Positions 39,932-48,969 of a DNA stretch of 64,000 nucleotides are shown piece by piece (position 1 is the stretch's first letter; every line of letters begins with the position of its first letter). The notes below the pieces were generated by a model. The model saw only the letters and a list, made by a program, of their open reading frames with translations, ran no database searches and was not told where the DNA came from. Source of the DNA: Promethearchaeota archaeon. Its GTDB lineage: Archaea; Asgardarchaeota; Lokiarchaeia; Sigyniarchaeales; SOKP01. Location of the stretch: NCBI GenBank assembly GCA_048938855.1, contig JBHLLT010000003.1, forward strand, positions 130,800 through 194,799, in the 5' to 3' direction. The position numbers and the translations under genes are program-made.

Positions 39932-40684
39932 TTAATATTTTCTAAAATAGCAAATTAAACCTCCAAATTGTTCTACAATTCCACCCGCCTCGGATTCTAA
40001 TTTGACAGTTTTAGTTTTAATCTCAAGATTTTCAGCAATTTGCAAGATTCGATGTATTTTATTTCTATTTTTTGGATTTTTTTTATATTCTTCTGTTAAT
40101 ATAATATAATTAGGCTTTGGAGAATTAGGATTTCTCTTAATATATCTCAATTCGTGGTCTATTTCTTCCCATGTATAAAGGATTTTTGAGAATTTTTCAT
40201 TTTTATTAATAATTTCCGTTAATTCATCTAAAATCAATAATCCCTCTTGATTTGAGGTTTTATCAACAATCTCTGTAAAATAATCTTGGTTTTTTAGAAA
40301 ATATACATCCTTTGGAGTTTTCGCTTGATTTCCTATGATCTTAGAAAAAATAACCTGATTATCTCCTTTTTTCAATAACCAAGAATGATGTTTTTTAATA
40401 TGATTTAGAAATTCATCAGAATATTCTTCTTTCGGTGGCGAGAGCAGAATTATAGCTCTAATACCCTCTTTAATTATCGGTCTTAATATATCTATGATTT
40501 CCTCATGAAAATGATACAAATGCATTTTATTTTGACTTTTTCTCTTCCTTCCACGTTTTAACCTATAGTGAAACCTAATAGTCTCACTATATATTCTCCA
40601 GAACACAGCATCATTTTCGTGAAGACCAATAAGTATAGCTACTTGATGACCGCGTTTAGCACGATTTTTTTTCTTTTTGGTCAT
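39932..40684 (-). CDS. Divergent Pelota/aRF1-like protein (domains 2-3 only)
   Basis: AIILLSPP...DEFLNHI resembles eRF1 domain 2; C-terminal ESEAGGIVEQFGGLICYFR resembles the Pelota/eRF1 domain 3 end; no GGQ, no N-terminal domain. Confidence 0.6.
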   Translation of the reverse strand: MTKKKKNRAKRGHQVAILIGLHENDAVFWRIYSETIRFHYRLKRGRKRKSQNKMHLYHFHEEIIDILRPIIKEGIRAIILLSPPKEEYSDEFLNHIKKHHSWLLKKGDNQVIFSKIIGNQAKTPKDVYFLKNQDYFTEIVDKTSNQEGLLILDELTEIINKNEKFSKILYTWEEIDHELRYIKRNPNSPKPNYIILTEEYKKNPKNRNKIHRILQIAENLEIKTKTVKLESEAGGIVEQFGGLICYFRKY

Positions 40685-40719
40685 AATAGAATATTAAAAT
40701 TAGAAAGATAAAAAGAAAT

Positions 40720-42057
40720 TTAAAGATTTTTCTCGATAAATTTATCAAGTACTTCTTCAATTGTAGGGCTTCCAATGGACTCAATATCATATGAAACCTT
40801 TACAATTGGTTTATTTGTTTTGATTAATTTTGCTAAATCTATAGGGCTACCATTTAAGATTATATCGGCTTTTACATTATTAAGAGTTTTTTCTAAATCT
40901 TCTATTTGTTGATCTGTGTACCCCATTGCTGGTACTATCTGTGTGATTTGAGGGAATTCATCAAATACATCTTTCATAGAACCTGCTAACGCTTTCCTAG
41001 GATCTACGATCTTTGCTTCCGCGTTTTTAGCTGCTACATACGCGGCTCCAATTGACATACCTCCATGTGTTAATGTAGGACCATCCTCAACGACAACAAC
41101 CTTCTTTCCTTTAAGCTTTAAAGGATCTTCTGCGTTGACCACGGAATTCGTATATACTTTTATGGCTTTTGGATTTAGTTCATTAAGATTTTTCTCGACA
41201 ATTTTAACATCTTCTGGTTTTGCACTGTTCATTTTATTTATTACAAAAACATCAGCATATTTCGCATTTACTTCGCCAGGATGATATCGAATTTCATGGC
41301 CTGGTCTTAATGGATCAGTAACAACAAAAAGTAAATCTGTAATATAAAAAGAAATCTCATTATTTCCCCCATCAAAAATAATTACATCCGCTTCTTTTTC
41401 AGCTTCTCTAATTATCTTCTCATAATCAACTCCAGAATAAATCACTAGACTTTGTCTAATATAAGGCTCATACTCTTCACGTTCTTCAATGGTGCAATCA
41501 TATTTATCTAAATCTTCATAAGTTTCAAATCTCATAACATTTTGCTGAACTAAATCTCCATAAGGCATTGGCTCGCGAATAGCTACTACTTTATATCCTT
41601 TACTCTTAAGATATCGATATGTGGCTCTAGAGACTTGACTTTTTCCACAACCTGTTCTTACAGCACAAATAGCTACGACAGGTTTATTAGCTTTGAGTTG
41701 CGTGAATCTACCAGAAATCAATTGGTAATTCGCACCAGCAGCAAGAGCCCTTGAAGCTTTGTGCATTACTTCTTCATGAGATACATCAGAATACGCAAAT
41801 ACTACTTCATCTACGTTATATTTTCTTATATAATCTTCAAGTAAATCTTCTGAAACCATCGGAATTCCATTTGGATATAATTTACCCGCTAATTCTGCGG
41901 GAAATTTCCTTTCAGCTTCATTAGTAGTACCTACGTTCTGTTCTCCAGCAATAGTAAATGCTATAACATCATATTCTTCATTATCTCTGAATACTGTGTT
42001 GAATAGATGAAAGTCATAACCGAGAGCACCAATAATAATAACTTTCTTTTTCTTCAT
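40720..42057 (-). CDS. arcE: cDPG-synthetase-like P-loop protein, probable arginine synthetase (ArcE type)
   Basis: ELAGKLYPNGIP, AYSDVSH, AVRTGCGKSQ, PMPYGDL, CTIEEREEYEP, DGGNN, VEDGPTLTHGGM, PAMGY; arcB and arcC nearby, no arginine deiminase in the window. Confidence 0.75.
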   Translation of the reverse strand: MKKKKVIIIGALGYDFHLFNTVFRDNEEYDVIAFTIAGEQNVGTTNEAERKFPAELAGKLYPNGIPMVSEDLLEDYIRKYNVDEVVFAYSDVSHEEVMHKASRALAAGANYQLISGRFTQLKANKPVVAICAVRTGCGKSQVSRATYRYLKSKGYKVVAIREPMPYGDLVQQNVMRFETYEDLDKYDCTIEEREEYEPYIRQSLVIYSGVDYEKIIREAEKEADVIIFDGGNNEISFYITDLLFVVTDPLRPGHEIRYHPGEVNAKYADVFVINKMNSAKPEDVKIVEKNLNELNPKAIKVYTNSVVNAEDPLKLKGKKVVVVEDGPTLTHGGMSIGAAYVAAKNAEAKIVDPRKALAGSMKDVFDEFPQITQIVPAMGYTDQQIEDLEKTLNNVKADIILNGSPIDLAKLIKTNKPIVKVSYDIESIGSPTIEEVLDKFIEKNL

Positions 42058-42275
42058 AACATAACTCTTTTTTATTAAATTTATAAGATAAAATAATCAA
42101 AAAATTAAAAAATTTATTAGTATTAAGAAAAGCTATTTTTTAAATAAGAAATATCAATAAAAGAAATCAAAATCTGGTTTTATAATATCTACATATTACC
42201 CATTATGCTTCTACAATTATTAGATTAACTAGATGAAAGGGCTTGTTTAATCCGATAACTAAAAACCATTCTTAT

Positions 42276-43142
42276 TTAGGTCAATTTTCTTCTATACACA
42301 GGAAACATGCTGGAACGTCCATAGTCCTTGATTTGGTCTATATTTTTTAAGAATTCCATATCTTCTTCAGAAATTTCAAAATCCACATCTGCATTATTTT
42401 TCATATGCGCCGGATTTGCAGTTTTAGGTAATGGCAAAAGCCCAAGCTGAAGATCATAACGAATAGACAATTGCGGCACTGAAACAGCATATTTCTCAGC
42501 CATTTTTATAACTTCTTGATTTTTCATTAATTCTCCATGTGCAATCGGTGAATGGGCCTCTACAAGAAAGCCTTTTTCTTGAGAATATTGAATGAGCTCT
42601 TTAGGTGTGTTGCTTATATGCGCCAAAATCTGATTTACCATTGGTTTTACAGAGCAGAATTCAAGGATATTATCGATGTCTGCTTTTTCAAAGTTCGAAA
42701 GACCAATGGCACGAAGTTTTCCGGCATTATATGCTTCTTCAAGAGCTCTCCATGCTTCACGGTTTCCTTCGAAGTAAGGATCTTCTCCACGGAATTCTTT
42801 CCATGGTTGCGGACTGTGAATAATCATCATGTCAATATAATCAAACCCCAATGTTTTTAGTGAATTATCAATTGATGCAACAGCTTCTTTATATGACTTT
42901 ACTTCTGCAGCAAGTTTTGTGGTCGCAAAGATATCCTCCCTTTTCACACCACACGCTTTGATTCCATCCCCAACTCCTTTTTCATTTCCGTATGCTTGGG
43001 CTGTATCAATATGGCGATAACCAATCTTTACAGCATCCTTCACTGCCTGTGCGACATCTTTATTACTTATAAACCAGGTTCCAAGACCTAGTTTTGGAAT
43101 CTCAACCCCATTAGATAAAATATACTTTTCTTCTAAAATCAT
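42276..43142 (-). CDS. Aldo/keto reductase (2,5-DKG reductase-like)
   Basis: GLGTW, GYRHIDTAQAYGNE, IGLSNF, PLPKT. Confidence 0.95.
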   Translation of the reverse strand: MILEEKYILSNGVEIPKLGLGTWFISNKDVAQAVKDAVKIGYRHIDTAQAYGNEKGVGDGIKACGVKREDIFATTKLAAEVKSYKEAVASIDNSLKTLGFDYIDMMIIHSPQPWKEFRGEDPYFEGNREAWRALEEAYNAGKLRAIGLSNFEKADIDNILEFCSVKPMVNQILAHISNTPKELIQYSQEKGFLVEAHSPIAHGELMKNQEVIKMAEKYAVSVPQLSIRYDLQLGLLPLPKTANPAHMKNNADVDFEISEEDMEFLKNIDQIKDYGRSSMFPVYRRKLT

Positions 43143-43174
43143 ACTTAATACCTCCTTTTCATTTTTTTTAATAC

Positions 43175-43597
43175 CTATAATTTGTCATATTCTTTATTAC
43201 TTACTTCTTCAAACCATTCGGCATCTCCTAAAGTAGGATTCGTACTGATACCAACATGGACGAACCAACTATCTTTTGATGCTCCATGCCAATGTTTCAC
43301 ATTTGGTAGGATTTTCACAACATCACCAGGTTGAAGCAATTGTGCTGGTTTTTCCTCTTCTTGATAATATCCTTTACCTCCTGTTACTAGAAGGATTTGC
43401 CCCCCTGGATGTGAATGCCATTTGGTCCTTGCTTCTGGTTCAAAACTTACATTGTATACTGGACAATTAAATTCCTTCTCCGTCACCAACATGTGAACCC
43501 ATACGCTCCCCGTAAAGTAGTTACTCGTTGCTTTTTCTCCCTTTGGAAATATCACACTTTTATCCAAATCATTTTTTTTTTGCATTTTCAACCTCAT
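43175..43597 (-). CDS. Cupin-domain protein
   Basis: FEPEARTKWHSHPGGQIL...NVKHWHGA...WFVH. Confidence 0.9.
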   Translation of the reverse strand: MRLKMQKKNDLDKSVIFPKGEKATSNYFTGSVWVHMLVTEKEFNCPVYNVSFEPEARTKWHSHPGGQILLVTGGKGYYQEEEKPAQLLQPGDVVKILPNVKHWHGASKDSWFVHVGISTNPTLGDAEWFEEVSNKEYDKL

Positions 43598-43741
43598 AAA
43601 TTAATACTATTTAATCTAAAAAATTTAATAACTAATTTAAAAAATCTCTATTTAGATTATAAGATAAAAAGAACCAATGGAAAAAGCGATACATATCCAA
43701 AAGGTGGTGATACTTGAAATGGTGGTGTAGAGGAAAATCTA

Positions 43742-44122
43742 TCACAGCTCTTTCTTATAACTCAAATATACTTCTTTTGTTTTACTTGGATTAGATATAC
43801 TCCAATTCCATAACAGTAAAATACACAATAATATTAATACAGGTCTAAGCGGAAGGATTTGTGAGGGAAGATATAATAAAATTGCTCCACCCACAATTGG
43901 AGCAATAATCTGAGCTATACTCACGAATGAGTTATTCACACCCATTAAACTACCAGTTTCTTCTCTTTCAACACTTTTCGATAGCTTTGAAGTTAATATA
44001 GGCCTACTTACTCCTGTCCCATAAGCTAAAAAAATAAATGACAAATAAATTACCCCATAACTAGCTGTGAAAAATAAAATTCCCATTGATAAAATTATTT
44101 TTATATAGTAATAAAAATACAT
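43742..44122 (-). pseudogene. C-terminal fragment of an MFS (TetA-like) transporter
   Basis: GTGVSRPILTSKLSKSV...GSLMGVNNSFVSIAQIIAPIVGG matches MFS TM10-11; only about 4 TMs, with no room for the 5' part before the ACAD gene. Confidence 0.7.
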
Positions 44123-44205
44123 TAGACCATTCTGAACATATCTTAAATATTCGTTTCTTTTCAGTGTTTGGTCTATGCGTAATTACTTTTATACCTCAAT
44201 CGAAT

Positions 44206-45351
44206 CTAAATTGGTGGTAATCCTAAGAGCATCTTGCCTAGCATCCCTTTGAGCTTCTCGGAATTAGTAAAATGCAGGGTAAGGCCTCTGGCATCGCGGT
44301 AGTAACGTTCGAGCGGGAACTCCCGACTATAACCGGTTCCTCCGCACACCTGCAAGGCCTTATTGGTCACATCAATCGCCATCTCGGTCGCGTTAAGCTT
44401 AGCCATGTATAAAGGAAGCGGTGAAGGTGGTTGCTGGCTATCTAGCTGCTGGGCTGCTGAGTAGGTTAATGCTCTCGATGCCGCTAGTGCCGTATTCATC
44501 TCTGCTATTAGAAATTGAATACTTTGATAGCTGGAAATGGGTAGTTCGCCATTCTGTCTCGTCATGGCATGTTCGGTTGCTGTATCGACCGCAGCTTGGG
44601 CAATCCCCAATGATATGGCTGCCATACCCAGCATAGCATGGCTAGCATATGCAGGGCCAACACTCATATATCCGTTTTCAGGTCCCAGAAGATTCGTCTT
44701 GGGCACCCGGCAGTTATCAAAGACCAAAACCCCATTAGAGATACCGCATAGCCCCATAAAATCTGACTTTTTACCAAAAGAGAAGCCAGGGGTACCTTTC
44801 TCGATGATAATGGCAGACAGGTCGAGGGGTGCTTTCGCTCCATCAGTACGGAGTACAACAATGTAAATTTGTGCTTGTTCAGCTCCTGTTATTAAGGTCT
44901 TCATCCCATTGACAATAAGCCTGTCACCGTCGGCAACGGCTTTGGTTGCAACCGCTAGAGAGTTAGAACCTGAAGCTGCTTCGGTAACAGCTAGCGCCCC
45001 TATCCTCTCCCCAGCAATCATCGCGGACAGAAGTCTCTTCTTCTGTTCCTCGGTGCCAGCTAAGGCAATCGCCCTGATTACTAGGCTGTGAGTCAGAAAG
45101 ACTAGAGCTGTTGAAGCGCAACTTCTAGCAATAGCCTCGGTCGCCAACACAAACGAGAGACTATCTGCCCCTCCACCGCCAAGCGTTTGAGGGACCGTCA
45201 GTCCGAGAAAACCGGCGGTTCCAAGTTTGTTGAGTCCATCCGACGGGAAAGAGCGTTCTTTATCCACCTGGGCGGCCTGAGGGGCGAGTTCTTTCAATGA
45301 AAGGTCGCTGGCTGCTGCTTGTATCTTTTTCTGAGCATCTGATAAATTCAT
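44206..45351 (-). CDS. Acyl-CoA dehydrogenase-fold flavoprotein (non-canonical, high GC)
   Basis: LAVTEAASGS, VNGMKTLITGA, LQVCGGTGY, ERYYRDAR; lacks the usual IYEGT. Confidence 0.88.
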   Translation of the reverse strand: MNLSDAQKKIQAAASDLSLKELAPQAAQVDKERSFPSDGLNKLGTAGFLGLTVPQTLGGGGADSLSFVLATEAIARSCASTALVFLTHSLVIRAIALAGTEEQKKRLLSAMIAGERIGALAVTEAASGSNSLAVATKAVADGDRLIVNGMKTLITGAEQAQIYIVVLRTDGAKAPLDLSAIIIEKGTPGFSFGKKSDFMGLCGISNGVLVFDNCRVPKTNLLGPENGYMSVGPAYASHAMLGMAAISLGIAQAAVDTATEHAMTRQNGELPISSYQSIQFLIAEMNTALAASRALTYSAAQQLDSQQPPSPLPLYMAKLNATEMAIDVTNKALQVCGGTGYSREFPLERYYRDARGLTLHFTNSEKLKGMLGKMLLGLPPI

Positions 45352-45410
45352 GTTTTCCTCATCATGATAATCATATCATTTTAATAATCATAAAAATTAT
45401 CATTATTTAA

Positions 45411-45431
45411 ATATGATCATTATGATCATAT
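45411..45431. promoter_or_regulatory. Perfect 10-1-10 inverted repeat between the divergent ACAD and padR genes
   Basis: ATATGATCAT-T-ATGATCATAT, within a tract rich in ATCAT/ATGAT (45361-45431). Confidence 0.55.
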
Positions 45432-45571
45432 GGTATGTTTTATAAATTGATAGTTATAAAATCGAAAATATACACAAATGGTTATTAACAATTTACAAAT
45501 TAGATCTGGTATAATAAGTGTTCAAAAAAAATTTAGAGTTTTATAGAATAAATCATAACTACAATAGGTTT

Positions 45572-46255
45572 ATGAATCAGAATCCTCCAGAACATAATAG
45601 ACCTCCCTCTCCACCACCATTTCAAATACCACCACCTTTTGGAAATTTACCTCCTTTTCCATTGGGTCAAACCAAACCGACCCTACCTATAGGGAGGGAA
45701 TCTTATCAGGAAATAAGAGATTATTTGCTATTATTAATAATCTCTGAGCATTCGGAAGGTATAACAGGCTATCAGTTACAAGAAAAATATCATCTTCCGA
45801 GAGGTATAATCGTGCGAACTCTCCAAGAATTAGAAGAGAGAGGGTATTTACACTCTAACGAGGAAATTATTGAAGGTAGACCTAATAAGTTTTATTTTAT
45901 CACTATTGAAGGTAGGAAATTTTTAGAGGATCTTAAGTTAAAGTGGGCGACAATCTTTGGAACTTTAGCAGAAATAAATCCAGATAAGGGAATGGAACAT
46001 ATGCTAAAACGTAATATAAAGGAATTTGAATCTATCGAGGATGCAAGGGATTTTTTTATAAGTCTTAGGGATTGGCAAAAAGAAATGCTAATAGTTATTG
46101 AAAAAAGAACAGAGAAATTTAAAACAGCAACAAACCGTTTAGACGTAATAATTAGTGAAATTAACAAAATGGAGTCCCTAAATAGGAAAAAAATACAAGA
46201 AATGGTGGATGAAACAGCTAAACGAATAAAGGAAGTAAAACTAAAACGTAAATGA
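45572..46255 (+). CDS. PadR-family transcriptional regulator with Pro-rich N-terminus
   Basis: LLLIISE...ITGYQL...TLQELEERGYL...GRPNKFYFITIEGRKFL; likely start ATG 45572 (the track extends to GTG 45518). Confidence 0.85.
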   Translation: MNQNPPEHNRPPSPPPFQIPPPFGNLPPFPLGQTKPTLPIGRESYQEIRDYLLLLIISEHSEGITGYQLQEKYHLPRGIIVRTLQELEERGYLHSNEEIIEGRPNKFYFITIEGRKFLEDLKLKWATIFGTLAEINPDKGMEHMLKRNIKEFESIEDARDFFISLRDWQKEMLIVIEKRTEKFKTATNRLDVIISEINKMESLNRKKIQEMVDETAKRIKEVKLKRK

Positions 46256-46612
46256 AAGAGCCAATTGTATTATACTCATAAATATATTTTTAGAAAAATA
46301 TATATATTACTTTTGACGCTTTTTCGTAATAAGGTTTTGAAAGGTTCATGCTCTTCACAACAACAAGTGGGGATATATCCTATGTTAAATTTTCCTAAAC
46401 CTGCTAATTTTTCTTCAAGTTTATCACAATCAATTACAATCTTTCTGGAGTATGGAATATTAAAGATGGTTATCGTGTCCGGCGGAATTTTTCTCTCGTA
46501 GATCTTTGAATTGCTATTAATACTCAATTCAATTAAAAAATTTTATAATCAATACAATCAATTTCAATTTGGAGTCTACCTTAAATTAACAAAGAATTGG
46601 GAGAACTTAAAA

Positions 46613-46972
46613 ATGCAAATCAATGTACAATATAATAGCTATACGATTGTTTATGAGCTTAATAACAGTCAGGCTGCCAAAGAACTCTATGAACAGTTAC
46701 CTTTAACGATTACTGTTGAAGATTTCGGCAACAATGAAAAAATCTTTTATCCACCAAAAAAACTTGATACAACTGGTACACCTTTGGCCAATGCACAATT
46801 TGGAACGCTTGCATATTATGCGCCATGGGGAGACGTGGTAATGTTTTATGATGATTTTGGTTCTGCAAGTGGTTTATATGAGTTGGGGAATGTCATATCG
46901 GGTGGTGAGTATATCAAAAATATGTCAGGTAGGATACAGATCAAGAAAATGGCTTCGAACGTTAAGGAATAA
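46613..46972 (+). CDS. Cyclophilin-like fold protein
   Basis: LNNSQAAKELYEQLPL...DFGNNEKIFY...LAYYAPWGDVVMFY; likely start ATG 46613. Confidence 0.82.
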   Translation: MQINVQYNSYTIVYELNNSQAAKELYEQLPLTITVEDFGNNEKIFYPPKKLDTTGTPLANAQFGTLAYYAPWGDVVMFYDDFGSASGLYELGNVISGGEYIKNMSGRIQIKKMASNVKE

Positions 46973-47130
46973 ATTGCATAAAACCTAATATGGTCTGTAT
47001 AGATTATGATCTATTAAACTCGCATGATAAATAAAAAGTAATTTAAACGACAACATATTAGCAAAATATAGGGCTGTGAAAATCACTAGATTTATTTTAG
47101 TGATAATAATTTTTATTAGGAGGAAATATT

Positions 47131-47652
47131 ATGAAAGAAATACCTGATTATGAAAAGTATCCGGTTAGCGAGGAAGAAATGGGAAAGCGTTATAAGAATT
47201 GGACAAAAGCCTTGGCTCGGATGGCAGTGTTGCTTTATACAGTAGGTAAGGAAGTCGGAGGCGAAAAATTCGTCGAAAGACTTAAGGAAGAAAATCGAGA
47301 AAGGGGTAAGAGAGATGCGGCAACAATAATGAAAATAGTAGGTTGCAAACCAGAGGATTTCAAGGATTGTATGAAGATTCCTAAGATAGTTGATTTCATA
47401 GATGATAGATATGCTAATTTCTGGGAAGGGTATGTTGAAAACTCGCCTAAAGCTTTTGAAAAAGAACTTTTTACTTGTCCAGTTACTGAACCATGGTCGA
47501 AGGCACCTGATCTTTGTGAAATATTAATTGGCGAATCTCTTAGAAGTTTTGTCAAAGCGCTAAACCCGAAGTTTAAAACCGAGGGATTCACAAAATTACT
47601 CACCAAAGGTGATAAATGCTGTCGATACAGGGTTGAGTTGGAGGAAGATTAA
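47131..47652 (+). CDS. L-2-amino-thiazoline-4-carboxylate hydrolase-like (V4R/HNOB-related) protein
   Basis: TCPVTEPW...LCE...LNP...LTKGDKCCRYR Cys pattern; AGGAGG RBS. Confidence 0.7.
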   Translation: MKEIPDYEKYPVSEEEMGKRYKNWTKALARMAVLLYTVGKEVGGEKFVERLKEENRERGKRDAATIMKIVGCKPEDFKDCMKIPKIVDFIDDRYANFWEGYVENSPKAFEKELFTCPVTEPWSKAPDLCEILIGESLRSFVKALNPKFKTEGFTKLLTKGDKCCRYRVELEED

Positions 47653-47913
47653 ATTTTTAGCAAGATAGCTAAAGGAATTGAAAGAAAAAAGCACAAATTC
47701 TCTCCGATGTAGAAATTGCTAAAGTGTTTGGATGTTATCGATCAACTGAATTTTAATTAATAGATATAACTTTATTCCAACTTTAGATTATCAAACTTCT
47801 CTCTTTCTTTGAGATCTATTATATTTTATTATGCCTTGACTTATGTTAGCAGTTATTTGTATATGTAGTGGTGATATACTATAAAAGAAAATATTTCAAA
47901 AATTAACGATGAT

Positions 47914-48801
47914 ATGCATGGTAAAATTGTAATGATAACTGGTGCAAATTCCGGAATTGGCAAGCAAACCGCAAAAGGCCTAGCAGAAAAAGGAGCAACA
48001 ATAATAATGATCTGCCGAAATAAGGAGAGAGGAGAACATGCTTTAAGAGATCTTAAAGAAAAGACGAATTCTGACAGGATTGAATTGATTCTTGCTGATC
48101 TAGCTGATCCTATTGCAATTCAAAATGCTGTAACTCAATTTAGAGAAAAGTATGATAAACTTGATGTCCTAATCAACAATGCGGGATTAGTATTAAGTAA
48201 GAAAAAAATAACCTCTCTGGGATATGAAAAGACTTTTGCTGTTAACCATTTAGGTCATTTTTTATTAACTAACTTACTTTTAGACATTTTGATAAAATCT
48301 GCTCCTTCAAGAATTATAAATGTCTCTTCAGGAGTGCATAGAACTGCAAATCTCGATTTTGATAATATTAATCTCTCATCTAATTATAGGAGCTTTAGAG
48401 CTTATGCTAATTCAAAATTGGCAAACTTACTTTTTACTTACGAGCTTGCAAGGAGACTTGAAGGCACTAGAGTAACTGTTAATGCTTTGCATCCTGGGTT
48501 TGTAAGAAGTAATTTCGGTAGGCGAGGTAGGAAATTATCTGTAAGAATAATTTTTGATATAGCACGCATTTTTGCAATAAGTGTTAAGAAAGGAGCAAAA
48601 ACTTCAATTTACCTTGCGAGTTCACCCGAGGTAAAGAATATTACGGGAAAATATTTCGCAAAGTCTAAACCTGCAAATTCTTCAAAGCTGTCATATGATA
48701 GGGAAGCACAGAGAAGAATATGGCAATTAAGTGAAAATGCTTTCAAAGATAGGACTATACTTTTACCACGTATAGCTCAAGATATGAGAAATTTTACATG
48801 A
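47914..48801 (+). CDS. Retinol-dehydrogenase-like SDR
   Basis: TGANSGIG, INNAG, VNHLGHFLLT, YANSK, LHPGFV. Confidence 0.93.
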   Translation: MHGKIVMITGANSGIGKQTAKGLAEKGATIIMICRNKERGEHALRDLKEKTNSDRIELILADLADPIAIQNAVTQFREKYDKLDVLINNAGLVLSKKKITSLGYEKTFAVNHLGHFLLTNLLLDILIKSAPSRIINVSSGVHRTANLDFDNINLSSNYRSFRAYANSKLANLLFTYELARRLEGTRVTVNALHPGFVRSNFGRRGRKLSVRIIFDIARIFAISVKKGAKTSIYLASSPEVKNITGKYFAKSKPANSSKLSYDREAQRRIWQLSENAFKDRTILLPRIAQDMRNFT

Positions 48802-48969
48802 AAAGATAGATCTTAACAAAAATTAAGTTCTTTTTGAGTTTAAGTTTAATATTTAATGCATAAATAGAAATTCCTATTTAAATTGAAATGCTTTTTTTTT
48901 AATAGTTGATTTACATTTTATTTTTAAGTTAATATTCAAATTAAAAATAAATTATTCTTGTGAATCCAA

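Noticed and set aside
40720-42057. Annotation as cyclic 2,3-diphosphoglycerate synthetase
   Set aside because: No 2-phosphoglycerate kinase neighbour; motifs and the arcB/arcC context fit the ArcE branch.
46276-46527. 83-aa minus-strand ORF with CCCEEH
   Set aside because: May be a real small gene or a remnant, but no recognisable family and a competing plus-strand ORF; not supportable.
47082-47104. ATCACTA-N9-TAGTGAT inverted repeat before 47131
   Set aside because: 7-bp arms in AT-rich DNA are not significant alone.
47682-47756. Short frame QILSDVEIAKVFGCYRSTEF resembling a transposase HTH
   Set aside because: About 24 codons bounded by stops, no start codon, terminal repeats or catalytic domain; could be chance.
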